Below are positions 1 to 8,378 of a stretch of 59,180 nucleotides of DNA, in pieces. Source of the DNA: Candidatus Moraniibacteriota bacterium (lineage in GTDB: Bacteria > Patescibacteriota > Minisyncoccia > Moranbacterales > DUUL01); the NCBI GenBank assembly GCA_041596615.1, contig JBFHIG010000007.1, positions 1 through 59,180 on the forward strand, given 5' to 3'. How positions within the stretch are numbered: position 1 is the stretch's first letter; the number at the start of each line of letters is the position of its first letter. The position numbers and the translations under genes were made by a program. The notes beneath the pieces are model-generated. The model worked only from the letters and a program-made list of their open reading frames with translations, was not told where the DNA came from and ran no database searches.

Positions 1-1391
1 ACTTCCACATAATCCCCACTCCCATCAAATTCCAAACATTTTCCACTTTTGCAATCTGAGGTATCTTTCCAAGTTGCGCCTACAATTGTGCCGTCATTTT
101 TAAAAGATGTTTCATCGTGAGCTGTTGTGCCAAATCCTTCATCAAATGGGAGATAAAGGACAGATGCCGGACCTTTTTCTTCTTGGCCTAGACTAATAAA
201 AGTTGAGGGGGAATTTTGATTATTGTATTCGGTTTGGATCCAGGTGGCGGAGCGAACTATCGAAGAGATGCGAGCTTCATCCAGCTTTCCGTCATATATT
301 CCACCGACTAAATTTCCTATACGCGTTTCTGCTTCTTCATTCAATGCAAATGAACGGGCAGTTGTCTCTGAATAAACCTCTGCACCGTTTATATAAAACT
401 TCAAAAGCTTTGTGGTACCATCAAAAGTCACTATCCAATGTGTCCATCCATTAGTTGCGAAGTCATATGCATAGTCAACATACTCATACGATCCTCCTTC
501 ACAATTATCGGACAACCAGACACATATATCACCATCATTACACTCGCCATACCCCCTGTCCATATTCATCCCCCAACCACACCATCCATTCTCAACATCC
601 TGACCGGAATTCAATAGAATATTAGAATTATTTGAAATATTATCTGGCTTTATCCAAAATCCAGCTGAAAAATTACTTGAATCCAAATTATTGCGATTGG
701 CGATGTGGAAATAATCATCAATCCCGTCCAAATCATCTGCCCCGTCCACTTTCCCACTAACCGCCTCATCCCCATCATAACCAGAGGTTGTTCCATTATT
801 ACCATTCTTAGTCGAATCAGTCCTGTCTCCGGTCCCACTTTCCTCCAAATGCTGAACCATCTTAAAATTCTCATCCCAAACCCCTTCCCCGTTCTGCTGA
901 TTTTCTGCAGTCTGATTCCCATAATACATAAAAATAGACGAATTGTTGTCTCCATCTAATTCTGGAATTCTGACCCAAGCTACTAGAACTCCTGTGGTGC
1001 TATCATAGCTTTCAATTTCGTGATCTAGTTTTTCTCCAGAGGAAGTTATAAAAATAATATCATCCCCATCTGCTTGAGCTTTGGTTGAGAGATTTGCATC
1101 TGTCAAAGAAACTAACATTGGGAAATTGGTTTGGTCTGCTGGAATTTGAGAAGCATTAACAGTGATCGCCTTCCGATAATACCAATCATCATTCCACCAA
1201 GCTTGCGCTTGGGAGGCATAGTTAGTAAAAAGATAAAAAGCTACCCCTCCGATAAGAAGGAAAATTGTTAGAGCCGAAGAAGCTGCAGAGGCGTAGGGAT
1301 GGTGGGAGGAGAAATGATTTTTAAGAGATTTGTACTTTTGTCTAAAAGATTTATATCTTTGTTTGAAAGATGCAAATTTTGTGGTTTTCAA
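1..1391 (-). CDS. DUF2341 + LamG/concanavalin-like lectin domain surface protein, partial (C-terminus beyond left edge)
   Basis: My own minus-strand translation. The frame is absent from the ORF track because it has no stop inside the window. It reads ...ASAASSALTIFLLIGGVAFYLF (TM anchor), then AWWNDDWYYRKAITVNASQIP..FPMLVSL..GDDIIF..LDHEIESYD..AWVRIPELDGDNNSSIFMYYGN (DUF2341-type), then ..IYDGKLDEARISSIVRSATWIQTEYNN (LamG_3-type). The start is uncertain: a TTG at 1391 sits just before the TM segment, but the frame stays open to an ATG at 1739 through repeat-like DNA. Confidence 0.6.
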   Translation of the reverse strand, partial: MKTTKFASFKQRYKSFRQKYKSLKNHFSSHHPYASAASSALTIFLLIGGVAFYLFTNYASQAQAWWNDDWYYRKAITVNASQIPADQTNFPMLVSLTDANLSTKAQADGDDIIFITSSGEKLDHEIESYDSTTGVLVAWVRIPELDGDNNSSIFMYYGNQTAENQQNGEGVWDENFKMVQHLEESGTGDRTDSTKNGNNGTTSGYDGDEAVSGKVDGADDLDGIDDYFHIANRNNLDSSNFSAGFWIKPDNISNNSNILLNSGQDVENGWCGWGMNMDRGYGECNDGDICVWLSDNCEGGSYEYVDYAYDFATNGWTHWIVTFDGTTKLLKFYINGAEVYSETTARSFALNEEAETRIGNLVGGIYDGKLDEARISSIVRSATWIQTEYNNQNSPSTFISLGQEEKGPASVLYLPFDEGFGTTAHDETSFKNDGTIVGATWKDTSDCKSGKCLEFDGSGDYVE

Positions 1392-1435
1392 AACCCTCCC
1401 TGGTCTCCCTTCACAAAGGGGGAAGTCGTTTTTAT

Positions 1436-1524
1436 TTTTGTCATCCTCGTGAATACAGGGATCTATTCTGGCATGGTCAGTTTTCCTAATGGATTCTGGG
1501 CTGAATTGGGAATGACAACTTTTT
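1436..1524. repeat. Palindromic intergenic element, TTGTCATCC ... GGGAATGACAACTTTTT type
   Basis: The arms TTGTCATCC (1438-1446) and GGGAATGACAA (1508-1518) are inverted. The 17-mer GGGAATGACAACTTTTT recurs exactly at 8247-8263. Confidence 0.45.
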
Positions 1525-1712
1525 ATATCATCATTATTCCCTTTCTTAGTTTTCAGTTTTTGTTTTAAAATAACCACCAACGCATAAAAAGGAGAAATTG
1601 GATTTCTTTTAATAAAAAACCTCAAAAAACCTATTAGAAGATCTTCATAGGTTTCCCAGCTGTATATTTTTTTCAAAATTAATTTTAAATTTCGAATTTT
1701 TGATTTTGAATA

Positions 1713-1918
1713 AATTTTGAATTTTGAATTTCTGAACATTTTTTGTTATTTTTTCTTTTTTTCTCGGATTGGTTTTGCGCTGGTCCGAGTTTGCAACTCG
1801 GACTTTTTATTTTAAGACACAGCAGGAATACCGCAATGTTGGTTTGAAATATGGGACCGGGTTACAAACCCGCTCCAGCGCAATTAAATAATTTAAAATT
1901 GATTCAAAATTCGAAATT
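1713..1918. repeat. Nested inverted-repeat, MITE-like non-coding element
   Basis: The inner perfect 9-bp inverted repeat is TTGCGCTGG (1775-1783) / CCAGCGCAA (1875-1883). It encloses the hairpin TCCGAGTT-tgc-AACTCGGA (1784-1802), which is followed by CTTTTTATTTT. The outer AT-rich arms (1713-1732 and 1885-1918) are inverted copies of the TTGAATTTTGAATTTCGAAT family. Confidence 0.4.
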
Positions 1919-2155
1919 GCCCTATTCCCACAACTCGTTAACACGTTAATAAATAATAAATAATTATATTATTACAAAATGCTAAATTCTGCTCTTGTAT
2001 CATTATATAATAAAACTTATAATAAGGCTATCTAAAAAAAGCTTTTATTTTGTCATATCCTTAAGAGTTGGACAATTTACTGATAATTTGAAAGTGGTCC
2101 TCGTTTTAGCAACTCGTTAACTCGTTAATTCGCTAATAAAAAATAGCTAATCTGT

Positions 2156-3895
2156 ATGAATAAAATAAAACTCTCCCCTTTTGAAATCTTTTCCATATCC
2201 TGGATTAGCGTTGCAATAATTGCTCTGCTTTTAGTAGTTATGCACATCTTTTACACATACTTGCTGATCCTGTGGATTATTCTCATTCCAATCATTATCC
2301 TACTGCTTTTGAAAAATGAAAAGCTTGAAATCACACCTCATACCCAAAATGAAATTTGGATTTTTGCCTTTATAGCTTCTATAGGGATTCTGTTAAATTC
2401 TTTCGTCACTCCTACTATTTTTGGGGGAAGAGATGAGGGATCACTTTCAACAAGTGCTATCTTAATTTCACAAAATCATTCTTTGGAGCATTCTGATGAA
2501 ATGACGAGGCAGTTTTTCGATATCTATGGGCCGGGAAAAGCATTGAACTTTCCAGGCTTTTTCTATACTCAAAAAGGTTTCTTGCATAGCCAATTCCTCC
2601 CTGCGTACCCGGCTTGGGTAGCCGTTTTTTACTCTTTCTTTGGACTTATTGGGATTAAGTTTGTGAACTTACTTCCTTTTATCACTTTTATTTTTTCCTT
2701 TTTTCTCGTTTTAAAGAGATTTTCCACAAAACCAATTTTCAGTTTTCTCGGTGTTGCAATTTTGATTACACTTTTGCCAATCACTCTTTTTTATAAATTC
2801 ACACTCACAGAAATATTCTTTGCAGCATTAATTTGGTTTTCGCTCCATTTTGTCTTGCGACATTTGGAAGAAAAAAGTTATTGGACATTTGCAGTTATTT
2901 TCATATCTCTTGCTGTTACTCCATTTCTTCGAGTAGAATCAATTGCTTTCGGCTTTGCATTACTTTTCATCTTAATTCTAATGAATTTTGAAAAAATGAA
3001 ATTGCCTCGCTACAGAGCGCTTTTTATTGTTGCTGGAATTATCGCCGTTATATCATTCATGATAAACTCTAATTTTTTCACAGAAACACTTAAAAGCTTT
3101 GCCGAGTTTTCACCAATCAAACCAACTGAAATATCTAGTGAAAATTCCTCCTTTAACCTTTTGCCTGATGATTGGGAAAATTTTTATATATTAAAAATCT
3201 TCTTTAATTATAATATTCTTCCTTTTATTATTTTGGGATTTTCTTTTATATACACTCTTTTTCGCAAGAAACACTGGTCAACTCTGGTTCCTTTCTTTTT
3301 CTTATTTCCTGCCCTTGTTTATCTTCTTGATGCAAACATTTCCCTTGACCATCCCTGGATGCTCAGACGCTTTGTTTTCGCAACAATTCCAGCTCTATTG
3401 CTTTATTCAATGTTGCTGATAGAAAAAACTGCTTTAACGAAAAGATTGCCTTTATATATTGTGGGAATTTTGCTCATCCTAAATCTATCACAGTCTATTC
3501 CCTTCCTAGGATATTCTCAAAACAAAAATCTACTCTCTCAAACAGAGAATTTAATGCAAGATTTTAGCGATAAAGATCTCATCTTGGTTAGTCAAAAATC
3601 TTCGGGTAGTGGCTGGTCTCTTATTTCAGAGCCAGCAAAAACAGTTCTTGGAAAAAATGCGGTATATTTTTTCAACCCAAACGATTTTGAAAAAATTGAC
3701 ACATCTGAATTTCAAAATATTTATCTTATTACTTCAGACGATGAAAAAGAGCTCTATAGTGATTTAGAAAAAAATAAAATCAAAGATTATACCATCACAA
3801 ATAGTATCATTACTCCGTCTAGAGAACCTTTGGCGCAACCGAGTATATCAGAAATACAGACCAGTGGGAGTGTTTATCAAATTTTAGAAGATTAG
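2156..3895 (+). CDS. Polytopic membrane protein, ArnT/PMT-like (GT-C fold, family 39-like) glycosyltransferase
   Basis: 579-aa ORF with more than 10 hydrophobic segments. An acidic DE motif (GGRDEGS) lies in the first extracytoplasmic loop, and the tail is soluble. The architecture is typical of GT39/ArnT-like enzymes; the family assignment rests on architecture only. Confidence 0.5.
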   Translation: MNKIKLSPFEIFSISWISVAIIALLLVVMHIFYTYLLILWIILIPIIILLLLKNEKLEITPHTQNEIWIFAFIASIGILLNSFVTPTIFGGRDEGSLSTSAILISQNHSLEHSDEMTRQFFDIYGPGKALNFPGFFYTQKGFLHSQFLPAYPAWVAVFYSFFGLIGIKFVNLLPFITFIFSFFLVLKRFSTKPIFSFLGVAILITLLPITLFYKFTLTEIFFAALIWFSLHFVLRHLEEKSYWTFAVIFISLAVTPFLRVESIAFGFALLFILILMNFEKMKLPRYRALFIVAGIIAVISFMINSNFFTETLKSFAEFSPIKPTEISSENSSFNLLPDDWENFYILKIFFNYNILPFIILGFSFIYTLFRKKHWSTLVPFFFLFPALVYLLDANISLDHPWMLRRFVFATIPALLLYSMLLIEKTALTKRLPLYIVGILLILNLSQSIPFLGYSQNKNLLSQTENLMQDFSDKDLILVSQKSSGSGWSLISEPAKTVLGKNAVYFFNPNDFEKIDTSEFQNIYLITSDDEKELYSDLEKNKIKDYTITNSIITPSREPLAQPSISEIQTSGSVYQILED

Positions 3896-3902
3896 CACTG
3901 TT

Positions 3903-3950
3903 CCTTCCCTTAGATTAAGGGAGGGCTAGGGTGGGTTAGGAATCCGAGTT
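3903..3950. repeat. Intergenic hairpin repeat, CCYTCCCTTAGATTRAGGGAGGGYTAGGGTGGGTTA family, copy a
   Basis: 41 of 48 nt are identical to 5372-5419. The stem is CCTTCCCT/AGGGAGGG; the single difference from copy b in the stem gives a G.U wobble. Confidence 0.7.
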
Positions 3951-4042
3951 AAATAATTAATTTCGAATTTTTCAATAATGAATAAAAATTAATTTTCGAT
4001 TAAAAACCAAACATGCCTTAGCACTATCCTCAAACTAATGCA

Positions 4043-4078
4043 TTGGAACTAAGTTCCCAATTAGGGACTTAGTTCCAA
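4043..4078 (+). promoter_or_regulatory. Perfect 12-bp inverted repeat 17 nt upstream of the dprA start (operator or 5'UTR hairpin)
   Basis: TTGGAACTAAGT (4043-4054) - 12 nt - ACTTAGTTCCAA (4067-4078). The loop adds a further CCC/GGG pairing. Confidence 0.4.
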
Positions 4079-4095
4079 CAAAATTCAAACAAAAA

Positions 4096-5196
4096 ATGCA
4101 ATCTACCGACGAAGAAAAATTATACACTCTCGCCTTTAGTTTTATTCCCTCGATTGGACCTGCTCGTTTTGAGATGATAAAAACTTTTTTCAATTCACTA
4201 AAAAATGCCTGGGAAGCGAATGAATCTCAATTGATCAAGTCAGGAATTGGAGCAAAGTCTGCCAAAGCTATAGTTGAAAATAGGAATAAAATTTCTCCTG
4301 AGGAAAAATTAAAAGAGCTGAAAAAACTTGGGATTTCTTTTATCATAAAGAGTGATGCATCTTATCCAGAACTTTTAAAAGAAACATCCTCTGCCCCTTC
4401 TATTCTTTTTTATATTGGAAATTTACAAGCGCTTAAGCAAAAGATAATTGCTATTGTTGGTCCTCGCACTCCAACACATTATGGAAAAAATATCACAATA
4501 AAATTCGCAACAGAGTTAGCAACTTCGGGGATTGTCATTGCTAGTGGTATGGCAAAGGGAATTGATTCAATTTCTCATAAAGCTTGTGTCGATATTGAAA
4601 AACCAACAATTGCTGTTTTGGGTTGTGGCATTGAAACATCTAGACAAAATCTTGAAAATAAAAAACAAATTGATGCAATAATAGCAACTGGAGGGTTAAT
4701 TCTATCTGAGTATCCGCCTTTTTCAAAATCAGCAAAATACACCTTCCCTGCCAGAAATAGGATTGTGAGTGGAATTTCACTTGGCACATTAATTCCAGAG
4801 GCTAGCTTACGCAGTGGAACTCTTATTACTGCACGACTTGCAGTTGAACAAAACCGCGAAGTTTTTGCAGTTCCTGGAAATATCTTTTCTGAAAAATCAA
4901 CTGGAGCAAATTGGTTATTGAAAAATGGTGCAGTTGTTGTTGACTCCATTTCAGATGTTTTTGAGGCACTTAATTTCACCTACGCACCAAAAGATGCGAA
5001 AAATGAAATTAAACACTCTTTCGGCGATAAAGTAGAAGAAGAAATTTATGCTCTTCTTTCTGTTGAACCTTTGCATATAGATATTCTTGCACGAAAAGGT
5101 AAAATCGATCATTCAACCCTACTCTCAAAGTTATCACTATTTGAACTAAATGGGATTGCGCAAAATATTGGAGGAGGAATGTTTGTTAGGAAATAA
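4096..5196 (+). CDS. dprA: DNA-processing protein DprA (Smf)
   Basis: 366 aa. Rossmann-like core motifs GPRTPTHYG..ASGMAKGIDS..FPARNRIVSGIS..LITARLAVEQNREVFAVPG. The conserved dprA-topA pairing is present. Confidence 0.9.
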   Translation: MQSTDEEKLYTLAFSFIPSIGPARFEMIKTFFNSLKNAWEANESQLIKSGIGAKSAKAIVENRNKISPEEKLKELKKLGISFIIKSDASYPELLKETSSAPSILFYIGNLQALKQKIIAIVGPRTPTHYGKNITIKFATELATSGIVIASGMAKGIDSISHKACVDIEKPTIAVLGCGIETSRQNLENKKQIDAIIATGGLILSEYPPFSKSAKYTFPARNRIVSGISLGTLIPEASLRSGTLITARLAVEQNREVFAVPGNIFSEKSTGANWLLKNGAVVVDSISDVFEALNFTYAPKDAKNEIKHSFGDKVEEEIYALLSVEPLHIDILARKGKIDHSTLLSKLSLFELNGIAQNIGGGMFVRK

Positions 5197-5371
5197 AGTT
5201 GTGCGCAATATATGTCGTTTAGCTTAAAGCACATAGCAAAGATGTAGTTATTTACTGTTTATTGGCTGGTTAACGGATTGTTAAAATAAGATAACTTTGA
5301 ATCTTGAATTTCGAATTATTTAATAACTAAAGAAAAGTTAATTTTAAATTTTTAAAGGAAGAGGTGCCACT

Positions 5372-5419
5372 CCCTCCCTTAGATTGAGGGAGGGTTAGGG
5401 TGGGTTAAGAGCCTGAGTT
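5372..5419. repeat. Intergenic hairpin repeat, same family as 3903-3950, copy b
   Basis: CCCTCCCT-tagattg-AGGGAGGG forms a perfect 8-bp stem and is followed by TTAGGGTGGGTTA. A degenerate third copy (TTCCCCTTAGACCAAGAGGGAA) lies at about 5458-5480, and a related hairpin (TCTCCCTTCACAAAGGGGGA) at about 1403-1424. Confidence 0.7.
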
Positions 5420-5849
5420 GAATTAGCTTTAAATTTCAGAAACCCAACTCCTCCTAGCTTCCCCTTAGACCAAGAGGGAAACAGGAAACGACAAGCCCAT
5501 TCCAGCGCAAAGTTTTTGACTTTTTCAAAAAACCCTTTACTATCAAGAGTAATTGTGTCATATTGTAGCGAACCCGTCGTATAACATGCTATAATTAATT
5601 ATTGCTTATTAATAAGCTAATGTGTTAACGGATTGCGAGAACTGTGGATTAATTTTCAATTTTTAATTTATAATTTCTAAACAATTTTCAATTAGCCAAT
5701 TTCTAATTTAAAGACAAGCAAAAAATCGCTGGGCATTGTTGGTCAATCACAGCACAACAATATCGTAGTCACACTTTCTTTTAGTCATTAAATCATTATA
5801 AATTTTTTGAAAATTGAAAATTAGAAATTGAAAATTCTTTTACTGCAAT

Positions 5850-5877
5850 ATACTAAATACTAAATACTAAATACTAG
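5850..5877. repeat. Tandem heptamer (ATACTAA) x4 directly upstream of topA
   Basis: ATACTAA ATACTAA ATACTAA ATACTAG, ending 9 nt before the topA ATG at 5887. Confidence 0.8.
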
Positions 5878-5886
5878 CCCTGCCTT

Positions 5887-8076
5887 ATGAAATTAATGAT
5901 TGTTGAGTCTCCTGCGAAAGCAAAGACTATTTCTAAATATTTAGACAATAAATACACTGTCAGAGCCTCTGTTGGTCATGTTCGAGATTTACCGAAGAGT
6001 AATAAAAAGGCAATTGACTTTGAAAACGGGTTTGCCCCGTCATATGAAATTTCCGAAGGGAAAGGGCATATAATTGCTGAAATTAAAGAACTTGCCAAAA
6101 AAGCCACCGAAGTTGTTCTTGCGACTGACCCTGATCGAGAAGGTGAGGCAATAGCTTGGCACATCGCTGAAGCAATTGGTCTTAAAAATCCAAGGCGCGT
6201 CACTTTCAATGAAATCACCAAAGATGCTGTTTCCGAGGCAATGAAACATCCTCGTGATATTGATATGAATCTTAAAGAGGCTCAGGAAGCACGTCGAGTT
6301 TTGGATAGACTTTTTGGATATGATTTATCTGGTCTTATTTGGAAAAAAGTGCGCTATGGTCTTTCAGCTGGAAGAGTTCAGTCCCCAGCACTAAGAATCA
6401 TTATGGAACGTGAAAGAGAGATTAGAGCCTTTAATTCACATACCTTTTGGGTAATTACCGCACTACTTCTGACTAAAAAAGGTGAGTTGCTACAAGTGCT
6501 TTGTTCGAAGGAACCAATCAATAAAGACATTGTGGATATGATTGTTGCCGCAGGTAAAAAACAAGCATGGACCGTAACCGATATCAAAGAGACTAAAGCA
6601 AAACGTTCACCTCGAGCGCCTTTTATCACTTCCACTTTACAACAAGCTGCAAGCTCAAGACTTGGCTTCCCTCCCTCAAAAACCATGTCTGTGGCACAAA
6701 AACTCTATGAAGCTGGACATATCACCTACATGCGAACTGACAGCACTAATATTAGCACTGGGTCAAAGGCTCAAATTAAAAAATTGGTAACTTCTGGTTT
6801 TGGCAAAGAATATTATACTGACCGTTTTTTTGGGAAAAAAAGTAAAGGAGCACAAGAAGCTCATGAAGCAATCAGGCCTTCCGATCTAACCAAACGAGAG
6901 TGTGGAAGCGCCCCTGATCAAAAAAAACTATATGATTTAATTTGGAGAAGAACTGTGGCCTCACAAATGTCTGATGCCAAAATTTTGCGGTCAAAAATAA
7001 TAGTTTCGTTAGAAGATAAAACCTTACCAACTTTTTCAGCAAACGGTTCCAGAATACTGTTTGATGGTTGGTATAAAATTGATCCAGCATCACGTGGTGA
7101 AGATGTTGAGATTCCAAAAGTAACCAAAGGTGAACAATTAAAGTTCAAAAAGATTGAAACTGAGGAGAAAGAAACCCAACCACCAAATCGCTATTCTGAA
7201 GCAGGACTTATTAAAGAACTTGAAAAAAGAGGAATTGGACGCCCTTCGACATATGCACCAACTTTACAAACCTTGAAAAATCGTGGCTATGTTGAGAAAA
7301 TCGGAAGCGCCCTTCATCCAACTGACACTGGTGATGTTGTGAGTTCTTTTGTGGAAGAAAATTTTGCTAAATACATAAGCGACTCTTTTACGGCAGAGAT
7401 GGAAAATAAGTTAGATAAAATCTCTGAAGGCAAAGAGGGTTATGAAAATACTTTAAAAAATTTCTATACTCCTTTTACAAAAGATATAGTTTCCAAAGAA
7501 AAAATGGAAAAAATCACCACACTTTCAGATGCTGATGCGAAACATAAGTGTCCTGAATGTGGTGGTAAAATGGTAATCAAACTCGGAAAAGCTGGGAAAT
7601 TTATCAGTTGTGCTAAATTTCCTGATTGCACAGGAGCATTGACTATCGAGGGTGTGAAAATAGAAGGACCAAAGATGTTAAAAGAAAAATGTCCAAATTG
7701 CGACAGTTTTTTGGTCGAGAAAGAGGGGCGTTTTGGAAAATTCATCGCCTGTAGTAATTATCCGAAGTGCAAATTTATCAAAAATGACCCTGTGGAGGAA
7801 GAAAAAAAGAAAACTGGTGTCGAGTGTCCTGTCTGTAAAAAAGGAGAGCTGGTGGAACGTAAGGGACGTTTTGGAGTGTTTTACAGTTGCTCCGATTACC
7901 CAGATTGTAAAAATGCAATCAAGGCAAAGCCTACTGGAAGGATTTGTGACTTCAAACGCAAGGATAAAGAAGGAGAAATTTGTGGAGCTTTAATGATGGA
8001 AGGAACAAAAACAATTCCGGAACGTTGTAGTGATAAAACTTGCCCCAATCACAATCCACATAAGTTGGATAAGTAG
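5887..8076 (+). CDS. topA: DNA topoisomerase I
   Basis: 729 aa. TOPRIM N-terminus (MKLMIVESPAKAKTI..ATDPDREGEAIAWH), active-site region (ITYMRTDS), and four C-terminal CxxC...CxxC zinc-ribbon repeats. Confidence 0.95.
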   Translation: MKLMIVESPAKAKTISKYLDNKYTVRASVGHVRDLPKSNKKAIDFENGFAPSYEISEGKGHIIAEIKELAKKATEVVLATDPDREGEAIAWHIAEAIGLKNPRRVTFNEITKDAVSEAMKHPRDIDMNLKEAQEARRVLDRLFGYDLSGLIWKKVRYGLSAGRVQSPALRIIMEREREIRAFNSHTFWVITALLLTKKGELLQVLCSKEPINKDIVDMIVAAGKKQAWTVTDIKETKAKRSPRAPFITSTLQQAASSRLGFPPSKTMSVAQKLYEAGHITYMRTDSTNISTGSKAQIKKLVTSGFGKEYYTDRFFGKKSKGAQEAHEAIRPSDLTKRECGSAPDQKKLYDLIWRRTVASQMSDAKILRSKIIVSLEDKTLPTFSANGSRILFDGWYKIDPASRGEDVEIPKVTKGEQLKFKKIETEEKETQPPNRYSEAGLIKELEKRGIGRPSTYAPTLQTLKNRGYVEKIGSALHPTDTGDVVSSFVEENFAKYISDSFTAEMENKLDKISEGKEGYENTLKNFYTPFTKDIVSKEKMEKITTLSDADAKHKCPECGGKMVIKLGKAGKFISCAKFPDCTGALTIEGVKIEGPKMLKEKCPNCDSFLVEKEGRFGKFIACSNYPKCKFIKNDPVEEEKKKTGVECPVCKKGELVERKGRFGVFYSCSDYPDCKNAIKAKPTGRICDFKRKDKEGEICGALMMEGTKTIPERCSDKTCPNHNPHKLDK

Positions 8077-8176
8077 TATATAGTTACAAAAGAATTTTCA
8101 AGTTTCAATTTCAAATTTTCAATGAATTTATAATGAAACAATTTTCAAACAAACATGATTCATGAGAAAAAGATGC

Positions 8177-8213
8177 AATTTTGAATTTTGAATTTCGAAT
8201 CAATTTTGAAATG
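8177..8213. repeat. AT-rich dispersed repeat, TTGAATTTTGAATTTCGAAT family
   Basis: The 20-mer AATTTTGAATTTTGAATTTC is identical at 1713-1732 and 8177-8196. 5297-5316 differs from 8181-8200 at 1 of 20 positions. An inverted copy lies at 1885-1918. Confidence 0.7.
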
Positions 8214-8227
8214 TAATAATGTTATGC

Positions 8228-8255
8228 TGTCATTCCCGCCTTCGCGGGAATGACA
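8228..8255. repeat. REP-like perfect hairpin TGTCATTCCCGC-cttc-GCGGGAATGACA
   Basis: 12-bp perfect stem with a 4-nt loop, followed by ACTTTTT. It lies in the convergent topA/SPFH spacer and shares its 3' 17-mer with 1508-1524. Confidence 0.75.
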
Positions 8256-8378
8256 ACTTTTTGAAAATTCATTGAAAATTGAAAAATGATAATTGAAAAT
8301 TAATCCTTCTTTGGCTAACTTCACAAAAAAACTTCCCAGTGATGAGAAGTTTTTTATTTTATCTGAACAATTTCATAC

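Noticed and set aside
203-1568. Track ORFs 203..454(+), 650..955(-), 705..959(+) and 1299..1568(+).
   Set aside because: They overlap, or are out of frame with, the much longer untracked minus-strand DUF2341-LamG reading frame, which has clear domain motifs. Their own translations are low-complexity.
1392-1739. N-terminal extension of the DUF2341-LamG gene to the ATG at 1739.
   Set aside because: The stretch is open in frame but is made of the same repeat families found in clearly non-coding spacers: the GGGAATGACAACTTTTT element, the TCTCCCTTCACAAAGGGGGA hairpin and TTGAATTTTGAATTTC. The predicted TM anchor starts right after the TTG at 1391. It is kept as an uncertainty, not as a call.
5640-8320. 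CRISPR array among the GAAAATTGAAAATT / TTCAATTT iterations.
   Set aside because: The units are 7-20 nt, irregularly spaced and low-complexity. There are no 25-40-nt direct repeats separated by unique spacers, and no cas genes.
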